Shown: positions 13,602-25,400 of the stretch, piece after piece
Layout: each line of letters begins with the position of its first letter
Numbering within the stretch: the stretch's first letter is position 1
Assembly (NCBI GenBank): GCA_051362555.1
Contig: CM120641.1
Span: 34,478,401 to 34,542,400, forward strand
Source of the DNA: Lingula anatina
Lineage: Eukaryota > Animalia > Brachiopoda
Direction: 5' to 3'
DNA length: 64,000 bases
Translations under genes and position numbers: made by a program
Notes under the pieces: model-generated
The model's input: the letters and a program-made list of their open reading frames with translations, nothing else
Told to the model about the DNA's origin: nothing
The model's database searches: none

Positions 13602-14169
13602 AAATTTGCTCATTTTTTTCCTATCATGTAAATCAGGGTTGATTATGCCATGATACAGTATATTTTTATACAGCATTTTTAAGTTTGTGTCAAAGCTTTT
13701 TCACTGCAACATCATACATGTATCAACATGTTGACGCTTCATTGTTTCCGTGTGTGAGGGGGGCATTTTTTGTCTTAACTTCAATCTATTTACAGCCTTG
13801 GCTTGCTTAAGACAAGACTGCTAAATATAGATTGATATTGGGCACCAAAGGGACATAGCTAACAGTCATTATTGGATCATTTGTTGACGCATGTCTATCA
13901 TTGAAAATGTGTATATTGCTTGTATATACTACATCTAAGAACCAATATGGAATATTGATTTAAATTTTTTGGCTGTGTTTCAGGACTGCATACCACTTTA
14001 CAGAGTTGGTCATACAGAGGTTGTACATGAGATATTTCAGCAATGTAAAGAAGCTTCCTTGCCATTGAGTCTGCTTGGTTCATCATACAAAGGAGTTGGT
14101 GTGCCAGATTGCATTTTCAATGCCAAGCAAGAAGTTATAAGAATTGTGAAAAAAATTAACTCAAATTGA
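131..14169 (+). CDS. PPOX: Protoporphyrinogen oxidase, 5'-partial (upstream exons lie before the window); 9 coding exons visible
   Basis: GT-AG exons with compatible phases: 131-239, 522-664, 1096-1231, 1578-1819, 2065-2125, 2381-2496, 3374-3481, 3758-3907, 13984-14169 (TGA). Peptides match PPOX motifs: AKNRYIYVDGKLHALP, DESVYDFFSRRFGAEV, LCRGIYAAD, WSVWSLQEGLSQLP, VAVVNLEY, GFGHLVP, GVIYDSCSFP, MLGG, CIPLYRVGH, LLGSSYKGVGVPDCI. Confidence 0.95.
3004..3215. mobile_element. ~212-bp MITE, PIF/Harbinger-like, family 1 copy 1 (PPOX intron)
   Basis: Imperfect TIRs (CCCATTCCCAGAG... / ...CTCTGGGAATATGCCC) flanked by TTA at 3001-3003 and 3216-3218. Homologous copies lie at 21476-21701 (inverted) and 56660-56873. 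Confidence 0.8.
4889..6900. repeat. 146-bp tandem satellite, array 1 (~14 monomers)
   Basis: TCTCCAAAAC recurs at 4891, 5037, 5183, 5328, 5474, 5620, 5766, 5912, 6058, 6349, 6495 and 6641; variant monomers sit at ~6204 and ~6787. Confidence 0.97.
7166..8753. repeat. 146-bp tandem satellite, array 2 (~11 monomers), interrupted by element B
   Basis: Same monomer as array 1. The last unit breaks at ...CTCTGCTAA (8753) and resumes as TTTCTTTCTCTTTTAACTTC at 13088. Confidence 0.95.
9799..11928. mobile_element. 2130-bp non-autonomous TIR DNA transposon with 4-bp TSD (possibly Sola-like), inserted in element B
   Basis: Left end CAGCCATTCCACGAAAAAGGGTACAATT; right end (reverse complement) CGGCCATTCCACGAAAAGGGGTACAATT. 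TACT is duplicated at 9795-9798 and 11929-11932, splitting the monomer sequence GTTACTATTG. No long ORF inside. Confidence 0.88.
11929..12880. repeat. 146-bp tandem satellite, array 3 (~6.5 monomers, inside element B, more diverged)
   Basis: Same monomer, with more substitutions toward the 3' end. Confidence 0.93.
13497..13598 (+). mobile_element. Possible 5'-truncated non-LTR retroelement 3' end with poly(A)
   Basis: A short GC-richer stretch translating NLFPSCIIGFNSLPNLI, reminiscent of the FFPxxIxxWNxLP motif at the end of LINE ORF2, directly followed by ~36 A. Confidence 0.3.
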
Positions 14170-15857
14170 GAAAAACTGTCATATCACTTCTGTGCACCAT
14201 GAATGAATGAGAGTGCTATGTGATACTTGCCTTCAGATCTGACAGAAAGCAAGTGGGACAATTTAGTAAGAATTATAAATGTTACCTTTGTTTAGAAGTC
14301 CTTCACATAGAGCGAAGATGATATACCAAGTATCATCAAACATTAATTTTTTTAAGAATCCACAAATCAAAGTAACCAAAAGATATAATGATAAACAGAC
14401 ACTGGCAGAAATGACCATGAGCAGCAGAAGGACATAAGTGGCTGTTTGAAAAATGGTTATGAAGCATGTATGTTCAGTTAATCAGTGTTTATTGAATCAT
14501 TGTGAAGTGCATTTATTGATAGTGATGTAGATATTAACAAATATTTTCAAAATCCAGTGCACACAATTACATGTAAAATAGGGGTGGAAGGGACCAGTAC
14601 ATGAATATTTATGACTTCCAGTCTATTCATTTAACACAATGAGAAATACAAGATTTATGTTATTAAAGGAGTTGAAAAAATAAAATCATACAATAAAATC
14701 ATAACTCTAGGCCGAGTAGTTTTAACTTAAAATCAAAGCACAAATGAAATGAGACTTTTATGTGTGGATTCCAAGAAGAAAATAAGCAAGGTCAATAGCC
14801 CAGTTACATGTAAACGATTAAGAGCTTGGTGAAAGGATAAAAAATACTGCACCACCTTAGCATCACTGTTGCCATAAAAGCAGGGAGTCCGGTTATAACG
14901 GTCCTTCAGAAAACAGGAAAATAGGAAAAATTTTTCAAAAAAATAGGAATTTTATCAAAAAAGTATAGGAAAAATAGGAATTATTCTGAAAGAAAGATGG
15001 CATCCCAACACCCTTAAAGCCATACCAGTCTAATACATATCTTTAATTGTAGTAAATAACACTATTTAGTGTAACAACAATAATTTGTCTAACAAATTTA
15101 CTAACAACAACATAAAATACTAAGGCTCTTTCACACCTTTGTAGTCCAAACAATGTAAACTGTCAAAAACATGTTTTAACATTTTTTTACTAGACAACTT
15201 TTTTTTGTCCTTACTGAGACATGGTACTATCCAGCTGATTTTCGAACTCAACCTGTATTTAAGTAACAATGATTACTCCTATTAACTTGAAGACAATAGG
15301 CCTACATAGTATAATATGTGCTTAAAAAACTACTTTACTTCCAGAAAAAAATGAAGCTCTAAAACAGTCCTATAAATCTTTTCTGTAATTTTGAGATTCA
15401 AAAGTAACAGGGTTTTCCATTAATGGTCATTATGGCATCAATCCCAAAAATGGTATTTTTTCTTCAACTTTGATGCAATATATTACTACAGTGCTTAGCA
15501 CCATAATCTATTAATCGCCCCAATTTTTAATTATGCACTGCAGGTAACACAGATAAATGGAAAATTTTTAATGTAAATAGCATTATTTATTCCTTTCAAA
15601 CTTAGAATAAATTTTCTTAGAACTATATGAAGCTCCAGTACATACACATGCCTGATTTTTGCATGAAGTCGGATTTTTTTTTTTTTTGTGTAAATTATCT
15701 ATTTTCCAAGGTGCCATTTTGAGTTCCCATGTAACTGAAACGCTGGTCAAGTTCAATTTTCTTAATGTCAACTATCACAAGAGTGCATAATTTAGAATTG
15801 GTGGTGGTTCTGCTAATACCTTGTACAACTCTTAGCCCCTGATTGGTCAGTTACCAT

Positions 15858-18478
15858 TTTTATGTACAGACACAGATGTGTCTGTACATATTGCCATCAC
15901 CTGCGTCTGTCGTCGCCGATGCCGTCGCCGATGCCGATGCCGATGCCGTCGCCGATGCCGTGCACTTTCCTTGTAAACACGATAAGTGGAGGACAGTTTT
16001 ACTTTTTGGCTTTATATTTACAGAGCTGATGAATATTCATAAAACGCAGGTCAAGTTCGAAAATCAGCATGATCGGGCCATTATTGTAGAACTTATGCTG
16101 TTTTTTCACTTTTCAGCATATATGCAACCCTGTAAACACATTTTAAGGAACACCGTTAGGCCTGTTGTCATGAAACTCACAGGAGTAATCAATCTTACTA
16201 AAACGCAGGTCAAGTTCGAAAATCGGCATGATCGGGCCATTACTTTAGAAGTTATGCTGTTTTTTCACATTTCCTCAGATTCAATTCTTAGGCATGTTAA
16301 CAGTCTTATTATTTTACTAATAAGATACATAAAAGTGTTTGTTTGACATTTCCTGAATCTTTACAAAATTGTTAGTTGATTATGTAAAAATGATGGTAAA
16401 CTTGTTATCGTGTATTGTGTAATAAAGTGTCAAAAATGGAAATAAACTCATATCATTGCAGTTTGTCAGATGCAATCATTCACTATGTTCAGAATCTCAG
16501 GATGGAGGAAATTGGACATTTAACACTGTTGTATTGATATTTTTCCCATCTCATCAATTTTCTAAGTTGATCGTATAAAAATGGCAGTAACCTGTTAATT
16601 TTGTTTATGTTAAAAAAATTGTTAAAAATGGAAAAAAAAACATTTCAGAACAGTGCTGTCTTGTTTACATTTTGGCATTTTCAAGTTGTGACTTTGAAGT
16701 TCCATGGGCCTGAAGACCTTTGCTAGTCACATTTTCTGAATATCCATGATACTAATATTTTATTATTAAAAATTGATGGTCATTAAGCTGTTTAACATTA
16801 TGTAATATTGCATCAAAATTTGAAAAAAAACTTATTTTGGGCACTGCTCCCATGATGACCATTTAAGAAAAACCATGTCACTTACTGTTCTCAAACAGTA
16901 CAGTAAATATGTACAGATGTGTCTGTACATATTGCCATCACCTGCGTCTGTCGTGGCTGGCGTTGCCGTCACTGTCACTGTCACTGTCGCCGTGCACTTT
17001 CATTGTAAACGCGATAAGTGGAAGGCAGTTTTACTTTTTGGCTGTATATTTACAGAGCTGATGAATATCCATAAAACGCAGGTCAAGTCTGAAAATCAGC
17101 ATGATCGGGCCATTATTGTAGAACTTATGCTGTTTTTTCACTTTTCAGCATATATGCAACACTGTAAACACATTTCAAGGAAAACCGTTAGGCCTGTTGT
17201 CATGAAACTCATAGGAGTAATCAATCTTACTATAACGCAGGTCAAGTTAGAAAATAGGCATGATCGGGCCACTATTTTAGTTATGCTTTTTATTTCACTT
17301 TTCAGCATATATGCAACACTGTAAACACAAAATAAGAAAAACAGATAGGCCAATTGTCAGTAAACTCACAGGAGTGGTCATTCCTGCTAAAACGCAGGTT
17401 GAGTTTAAAAATCAGCTTAATTGGGCCATTATTTTGAAGAAATGCTGTTTTTTCACATTTCCTCAGATTTAATTCTTAGGCATGTTAACATGCATGTTTC
17501 ATTATTTAATTAGTAAGATAAGTAAAAGTGTTTGTTTGGCATTTCCTGCATCTTTACAACATATGTAAAAATGATGGTAAACTTGTTATCTTGTATTGTG
17601 TAATAAAGTTTCAAAAAATGGAAATAAACTCATATCATTGCAGTTTGTCAGATTCAATCATTGACATTCACTATGTTCAGAATCTCAGAATGGAAGAAAT
17701 TGGACATTTAACACTGCTCTATTGATATTTTTCCCATCTCATCAATTTTTTTAGTTGATCATATAAAAACGGCAGTAAACTGTTAATTTTGTTTTATGTT
17801 AAAAATTGTTAAAAATGGAAAAAAAAATTCAGAACAGTGCTGTCTTGTTTACATTTTGGCATTTTCAAGTTGTGACTTTGAAGTTCCATGGGCCTGAAGA
17901 CCTTTGCTAGTAACATTTTCTGAATATCCATAATACTCATCATTATGCTGTTAAACATTATGTAATATTGCATCAAAATTTGAAAAAAAAAAACTATTTT
18001 GGGCACTGCCCCCATGATGACCATTTAAGAAAAACCATGTCACTTACTGTTCTCAAACTTACAGGAAAGAAACATGGGACTAAAATACAGCTTCAGTAGG
18101 CAATGCAGTCTGTTTGGTAATTCTTACTGCCAGTTAAACAGTTTTTTTGTGAAAATTTAATTTTTCACATATTGGCATTTTCAAGGTGTAACTTTGAAGT
18201 TCCACGGGCTTGAAGACCCATGCTAGTCACATTTTCTGAAAATCCATGTATATTTTATTATTAAAAATTGACGGTCATTATGCTGTTAACCATTATGTAA
18301 TATTGCATCAGAATAGAAGAAAACACAATTTTGGGTGCTGCTTGAGCATAATTAAAATTTGATGTTGAATTTGCAGTTTAACATAATGTACTTTTGCATC
18401 AGAATTGACAGTAGCCTATTTTGTGCATAGTTATTTCCTGTTTTTTGTCTGTACATTTGACAGCTTTGCTGCCTTGTT
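15858..18478 (+). mobile_element. Second non-autonomous Helentron/HINE family with a duplicated 5' module
   Basis: 5' TATGTACAGACA-CAGATG-TGTCTGTACATA stem-loop, (GCCGAT)n microsatellite, ~159-bp internal repeats (AAAACGCAGGTCAAGTTCGAAAATC at 16041 and 16200). A second head starts at 16908. 3' end TGTCTGTACAT, hairpin CAGC-TTT-GCTG, then CTTGTT at 18446-18478. Confidence 0.8.
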
Positions 18479-19365
18479 AATAAAGCTGTTTATTGATTAG
18501 ACAGCAAAGCTGACAAATATACAGACATCATACAGGAAACGAGGCAGCAAAGCTGATAAATGACATTAAGAGACATTAGGATGCAGAAAATGTTTTGTCA
18601 CCAAAATTGAGAAAAAAACCAATATAATTACGGTAAATATCAACTGACCGTGCCGATTTTCCAAAGCAACCTGCTTCTTTGCCAAACAAAGCCACTGAGT
18701 AAATTTAATGTAAAACAAAAAAATACGGTTATGCAGTTATGGGGGAATGTCATCTGTTGGACGGCCACAGTGACAACATGGACAGACAGACCAATCAGAA
18801 TCATTGGTAAAAGGACATTTCCCAGATAATTATCAAATTCTTCTCATGGAATTGCTTGGTCTCTAATATTTAGACCAAAGATAAGCTATATTGTGGAGAA
18901 TCTTATTTTTATTTATTTTGATGGACTTCCCACGATCCTCTTCCTCATGAATAGCAATCAGATGGGCAGAAGAGAGCAGACATGCTGTGTGAACATGCTG
19001 GACACAGGAGATTAAGCAGCTTTGCCCAAGAAGCAGACAAAAACATACATGCAGCATTTCAGATGTTCTTGTGTAGCTTGGGGGAAATCTGTGAATCTTT
19101 AAGATTATCAGACATTTACTAGTAGTAAACGTGGCTGGACCAGCAGATTTAGCTGATAATGTGCAAGTTGTCTTTCCTTTCTACATTGATATAGTAAAAC
19201 AAATAAAGCACAGTCCCAAGTGAACTATGAAGAATAGGGCAAGTGAGAGGAAATTAGACCCTCTGCTTCACTTTGGTACCTATTTCCACTCATTCTGCCA
19301 TACTTTTCATAGTTTAACCAGACTATGCTCTATTTGTTAATAGTGTAATATTGAATCAAAATTGA

Positions 19366-19404
<39 letters not shown>

Positions 19405-19651
19405 GTTTCCTGTTTTATACTCTGTCATAAGGAAAAAATACTTATTATTTTCAAATCTTTAAGAGTGATTCATAGGTCACTCAAATACAATATTTTAAAC
19501 AAATAACTGCTTTCAAACATAACTGCACCTGGTAAGTTGGTACTGATTTGATATTTTATATATTATCATATATTTACAACTAATCTTTCATTCCCATGGT
19601 TGAAACTGATGTGAACTTTATGAATGCATTTTACATTTATATCTAAGAATG

Positions 19652-20919
19652 CTATAAGTCAACTACCTGTCCAAGTTTTTTCCGTTCCTCAAATTTTTTC
19701 ATCTCCTCCTGGACTTTCAAAGTTAACTCCACAAAGTCTATTCTGCCATCATATGCTTCAGCTTGTTCCATACAGAAATCTAAGGCATTTTCTCCTTTCC
19801 TAATATAGCATATGTAAACAGCGAGACCTGTAATACTTGACAGACTTGATATAAAAAGCCAAAGTGGAGCATCATGGTCTGTGCCTTCTTCCTTTGACCA
19901 GTAGTCCTGGCTAATGTCAGTATTAAATCCTTTGCTCTTAGAGAATTGAATTTTTTCACTGTTGGAAGCTTTCTCTTGACTTGCCTTGTCTACTTTCTTA
20001 TTGCTGCTGGCATGGACATTCCTCTTCCTATGAAATTAGATACATTATATATATATTAAGATATTGTTGAAACCGGTTAGGGTGCAAATTTCACTGTTTT
20101 TTATTCTTTATTTTATTAAGCACCAAGGATGTACTTGTGCAGATGACCTTATTTTTGGCCTTTTCAACACACAAACACACTGGAGAGGTTGGTAGAATTG
20201 TCACAAAGAAAAATACTTTTTAAATATATATTCAAAGGGATAACAAATGTTCATTTTTGTGCTAAAAGGACCATGAAACAGATTTCCCTGGGTTAAACGA
20301 GGATTTTTCTACACTTACCTAAAGTTAATGAACCTATTCTGACATTTAAAGTTAGTTGATTGTGTTTTTTGCAATATTCTCTTGAGATATTTTTACAGAG
20401 TTAAACCATCTATGAAAGTCCACGTGGTCTGATGGCAAGCACAGACTTTAGAATAATTGCCATTACTGCCATTTTGGTAAAATGGAACTTACTATATTTT
20501 TATGTTGTTTAAAATGTATATATATGTATTTTTTTTTTTTATCTCATATGAAGAGTTGTCATCCCTTTAACAACAAGTATTTTAATGAATTAAAACAAAC
20601 AGACTTACAAAATAGATCAAGGCAGAGTACTGGTGTAGCAGTTAAAAACAATGCAATCTAGCATGCCATACGAGATGGACTTAATGTTTCAGGGGCGGCT
20701 ATTTAAAAACTGTGTCATTTCCTTTAATTTTAGAGATAATTTCAAAATTCCAAAAGTATAACATTCTGGAATCTGGATAAAAAGACAGTTCAAAAGAAAT
20801 AACTTGTGTTAAATAGCTTTTTTGACTGCCAGTTCTAGCGGCGTTATCTATACGTACCACAGTAAAAGTGGAAGTCTGTTGGTGTTCAGCGGTCTAAATG
20901 CATATCTGATAAGACTCAT
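19652..20919 (-). CDS. UQCC4: UQCC4/C16orf91 (CCSMST1 family)-like small mitochondrial membrane protein, 145 aa, 2 exons
   Basis: Exon 1 20919-20858 (MSLIRYAFRPLNTNRLPLLL-TG|GTACGT). Exon 2 20027-19652 (TTTCATAG|G...TAG): WKRNVHASSNKKVDKASQEKASNSEKIQFSKSKGFNTDISQDYWSKEEGTDHDAPLWLFISSLSSITGLAVYICYIRKGENALDFCMEQ...VVDL*. It has an Arg-rich, acid-free presequence, an IxFSxSK motif and a single TM ending in CYIRxxExxxD, as I recall for the CCSMST1 family. The gene model is firmer than the family name. Confidence 0.75.
20236..20566. mobile_element. ~331-bp TTAA-site MITE (Kolobok-like), degenerate copy in the UQCC4-like intron
   Basis: TCAA|AGGGATAACAAATGTTCA ... TGAAGAGTTGTCATCCCT|TTAA; termini match those of the element at 38191-38523. 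Confidence 0.7.
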
Positions 20920-21265
20920 GTTATCTCTGTCGACAAGGGTGCAACTTCCAAGTAAGGTTTTTTCAGCATAGATGTACGGGTTGCCGACTTTCTAACAAGG
21001 GAACTTGTTTGCGTAAAGGAAGTACCTGTTTCCCGTAATTGGTTTTGTAATGTTTGGCAGAAAATCTTATATATCTGTGTAAATCTTATATATCTGTCTA
21101 AATCAGTCACAATATATCACCAATAACTGAGAAAATATAAATGGCATTTTCAACTTTATTAAATGAATATGACACATTTAGTCAAAGTAGTCAAACTGAA
21201 GGCAGTGCCACAAGTGGGTACGCGTGGCGGGTTACTTGAATACTTCCGGTGCTTTCTGGTGTGCG
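20920..21265. promoter_or_regulatory. Compact bidirectional promoter region between the UQCC4-like gene and TOP3A
   Basis: The divergent ATGs are only 347 bp apart (20919 and 21266). CpGs are locally enriched, with ETS/GABP-type ACTTCCGGT at 21242-21250 and GGAAGT at ~21018. Confidence 0.65.
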
Positions 21266-22464
21266 ATGCTGTTTCATTATGTGAAGTGGTTGCAGCGAAA
21301 CCATGTGAATATATCTGTAAAACGAGTTGCATCAGTTTCTGCCAAGATGGTTCGTGTTTTAAGTGTAGCAGAGAAAAATGATGCTGCGAAATCTTTAGCA
21401 GAGATCTTGTCGAGAGGAAGATACAGAAGGGTATGCATTTGTTGTTGATGTAATGTACTGGTAATGTTACTGTTACACCCCATTTCCATAGATTTTTAGA
21501 TCGATCTATCCCTGTGGGGAGTCTCACTAGATTACTGTCAGATTGGCCGGCTTAAGCGTCTGTCCCGCCTACTAAAAGCTGTAAGGGGGTAATTAACTAT
21601 GGTGCCCGCTCGGCTGACTGCAATTTAGCGTGAACCCCCAAGGAGTTAGGTCGATCTAAATCTTAATCTTTAGATCGATCTAAATCTCTGGGAAAGCACC
21701 CTTAGTGTTCACTTATCAGAACGTATGTGGGAGCCCACAACAGACCTGTGTGCTGAAAACCTGCCCTATAAGGTGTGATGCATGCACCACAAGCTGCTTT
21801 AGCTTAGATTGGCTGAAAGTGATGTGCGAGCCCAGATTGCCCCCCTTTCAATCCTATGTAGCTTTACTGTACACATTTCTAAATGACAGCTGTAAACCTT
21901 TCTGAATAGTAGTTTTTCTTCCATATACCACATTTAATATGATTTACAGTTAAGAAAAGCCAAAATACCGGTACTGTATTTTATACCTTTTATTCAAGTT
22001 AAAAACCTGTTTCCCCTTGAACTGTGAGCAAGTTTTTTTTTTTTTTACCAAGAGTGTATAGGCGCAGTTTAGAAATGCAGTACTTATTTTCAACTTGGTG
22101 ATTTCATGTTTTTGAAGGTTATAAGTTGTTTAACATGGCATAATGGAATGAGTTGTTATTGGCTGTGCCATGAAATATGGGAAAATGTTATTTCATGATA
22201 CCTGGGCTCTTACCAACCTGAGCTCCTGCTCATTGCCCCCTGCTTACGTATTACACAACCTGCTACCACCTTATATGCAGCTTTTTGGCTCTACCTCAAA
22301 TATTTATGGAGGAAATACATCTAAAAGGTTAAATAAGTATTGGATTCATGAAGTTAAATAAGTATTGAATTCATGAATTTTACAAAGTAAAAGTATCCCC
22401 TTTTTCCTTTTCCTTGCTTCCTACCAGTGCCTGCTCTCCTTCTTCTTCTTCTTCTTCTTCTTCT

Positions 22465-22498
<34 letters not shown>

Positions 22499-25400
22499 GC
22501 AAATTTATATGCAATCTCTTTTACTTTGTACACAGTTCATAGTATTAGTTATGGCAGAACTCTAGATCTACTAGTACATGCATTAAAGAACATCACTACA
22601 TTAAACCAACAAAATGCTTTTTCAGAGAGAAGGGTTGTCACGTTTCAACAAACTTTATGAATTTGAAACCAACATCCTAAATATGAACTGCACTATGACA
22701 ATGACCTCAGTTTCTGGACACCTGATGAACTTTGATTTTACTGGCCAGTACAAAAAGTGGTAAGTTGAAAATGAAATGCACAAATCCTTAGCATTCATTG
22801 GCTAATAACGTCTCCATTTGTATCTTGATATGGTTTATATAGTGCTACAATAGATGTGATTTAAACCTTGATTGTATCCCTGAAATGAACACAGCTTTGA
22901 GATAGAGATAAATTTCTAACTCTCAACAATTTGCTGTTTTAAGGCAGAGTTGCACTCCACAGTCACTGTTTGATGCACCAGTAGAGAAGTGTTGTCCTGA
23001 AAATTTTGTGGATATAAAGGTGTGTATTCAATATTGCAGCAAATGCATTTATATTATTGAAATATTGAAGAAGTTTTAGTCAGTCACTAATTAGAGAATG
23101 AATTCACAAATCCTGATTTTTGTTTAAGCCTACAGGTGGCTTAATGTTTCTCCTAAGTTCAAGTTTAAGTTAAATTTTGAAAAAGTAAAGCCATGTTGCT
23201 GTTGTTAAAAAAAAATTTTAAACATTCATTATTCAGGTTTTAAAGTTTGTTTGCTTAATAATTGGTAGCTCTCCTCTACATAATGTGCCTTAACACAGAT
23301 AATTTGCAATAGCCATGATCATTGTGTCAGGTAATCATAGCTATGGTTTTTTTCTGATATGTAGAACAATTAAACAGTCAATCATGTACATAGATCAGTT
23401 ACTTGTTCTACCACTGTTTTCTGTACTTTACAGAGGACACTTGAAAAAGAGGTACGAGGCTGCAACACATTGATTATATGGACAGATGGAGATAGGGAAG
23501 GAGAAAACATTGGTTTTGAAATTATCAATGTGTGCAGACAAGGTAAAATATTACTGGTGTTTTTTGTTTTTTTTTTAAGAAAATTTTGACACTGAACTTG
23601 ACATATTAAAATTTCAGATCATGGGTCTTATGTCATATGAGTCCTCATAAATGAGTAACTAGGAATAAATCGTACAATTTTAATTAGTTTTTTTATCTTA
23701 ACCTGTGTCACCAGTTTGATTGACACTTTCTTCCTTTTTGCAGCTAAACCAAATATTAGGGTATACCGTGCCAGGTTTTCAGAGATAACACCCCAGTAAG
23801 TTCTGACCACGATCATAATATTATGAATTTGACATGTTTTGGATCTCACCTTTGCATTGCTTTTCTAAAGTGTCTTTCCCAATGCAAAGAGTTTCACCCT
23901 TATTACTGAAAAGTTAACTGTGTGTGCCTTATCAATTTTCACACATTTTCTAGTCTTGTATGAAATCACCATTCACGTAACATTTCCATTACAATGCACA
24001 TATTTGATATATTATATATTACCATTGATGTTATTTTGGAGTATTTGACCTCACCACATATGAACAAGTTTCTTACTATTGTATTTAGAGAAGTTGGATA
24101 ATATGTGCATAGTACTACTTTGTTCTGTCTGATCATATTTAAATGACTGTAATTTGCAAAAAATGTTTAGAATTTTCATTGCATTTGAACAGATAAACAA
24201 GTAGTTATACATATTTTACCCAGGTATATGCATTTCATTAGCTATACAATATATGCTGATATAGCAGCCTATTTTATTCTCCTTTACAGTGATACGTGAA
24301 CTCTGTAATTATATGAAAAAGATGAGCAGTGATTTTTAGAAATATTCATTTTAAGATTGGACTTTCAGAGCAATAACCAGAGCCTGTCAAAACTTGATGG
24401 AGCCTGACCAAAATGTGAGTGATGCTGTGGATGTCAGGCAGGAGCTAGACCTGAGAATAGGTGAGAAATGTCCATGAAGAGAAGTTTCTATTAGGAATTA
24501 TGATATGCTCTATATATTTTCAGTAGTTAAGTTTTTTTTTTTTAGGCACTGTTTTTCTTTTCTTTTTTTTATCGATAATATCTGTAACCTTAAAATGATG
24601 AGGGAATAGTTGTTTTTTAGAATATCACCGAATATTTTTTAATCTCTCTGGAATAAAAAATATTCTGTATTTGAAGTTGAGCACATTTTTAGACAAGAGG
24701 TATTGAAAGTTTGTGAAAAGAAAAGAGAGAATGCCAATCATCATTCTAAAAGAAATTCACAAGATAAAATGGATGTTTAAAATCTTACTATAACATGTAG
24801 TATCATTATTATGCTATATGTAACAGTAACACTATAATTCTATAGCAACACATTCTTGGGTCTTTTAGGTGCTGCCTTTACAAGATTCCAGACCCTGAGA
24901 CTGCAGAAGATTTTTCCTGGTGTATTGGGGGAGCAGCTCATCAGCTATGGCAGCTGTCAGTTTCCCACTTTAGGATTCGTTGTTGAGCGATACAAGCAAG
25001 TGCAGCAATTTGTTTCTGAAGCATTCTGGAAAATACAAGGTAAATGGTAGCCAGTATCGTAGAAGTAGATATTTTCTAAAGAAAATGAGAAGATCTGGAA
25101 GGCAGATTGAGGTATGGCTAGTGTGTATATTATCCATAGGATGGTTTTGAATTTTCAGGTCCTAGCGTGCTAATTGTAATGTTCAATGAATGTGGATCCT
25201 TTAAAGTGGTACTTTTTGATTGGTCAGACCAATGTAAATTATGTAACCTGAAGATCATCTTGTAATATTGATAACATATGTTGATTTTCAGTTACTCACA
25301 AAGTACAAGATGGCGCAGCAGAATTCAGTTGGAAAAGGTAAAGCAACGTCAGGATAATTTGCATAGAAACACAAAGCAGTCAGCTTATCTTGGTTGTAGG

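Noticed and set aside
14881-15841. Possible hAT-like element starting CAGGGAGTCC with AAAATAGGA subterminal repeats
   Set aside because: No matching right TIR or 8-bp TSD could be found; the CCCCTG at 15836 does not pair convincingly.
15843-17324. Paired 167-aa and 149-aa ORFs looking like duplicated genes
   Set aside because: They read through the microsatellite and 159-bp repeats (a multiple of 3) of the second Helentron family.
18760-19300. Slightly GC-richer stretch, possible exon or transposase remnant
   Set aside because: No sustained reading frame or recognisable motif.
21159-21527. Overlapping antisense ORFs over TOP3A exon 1 (and MRLPAGID at 3165)
   Set aside because: They start inside MITE family 1 or are shadows of the TOP3A exon.
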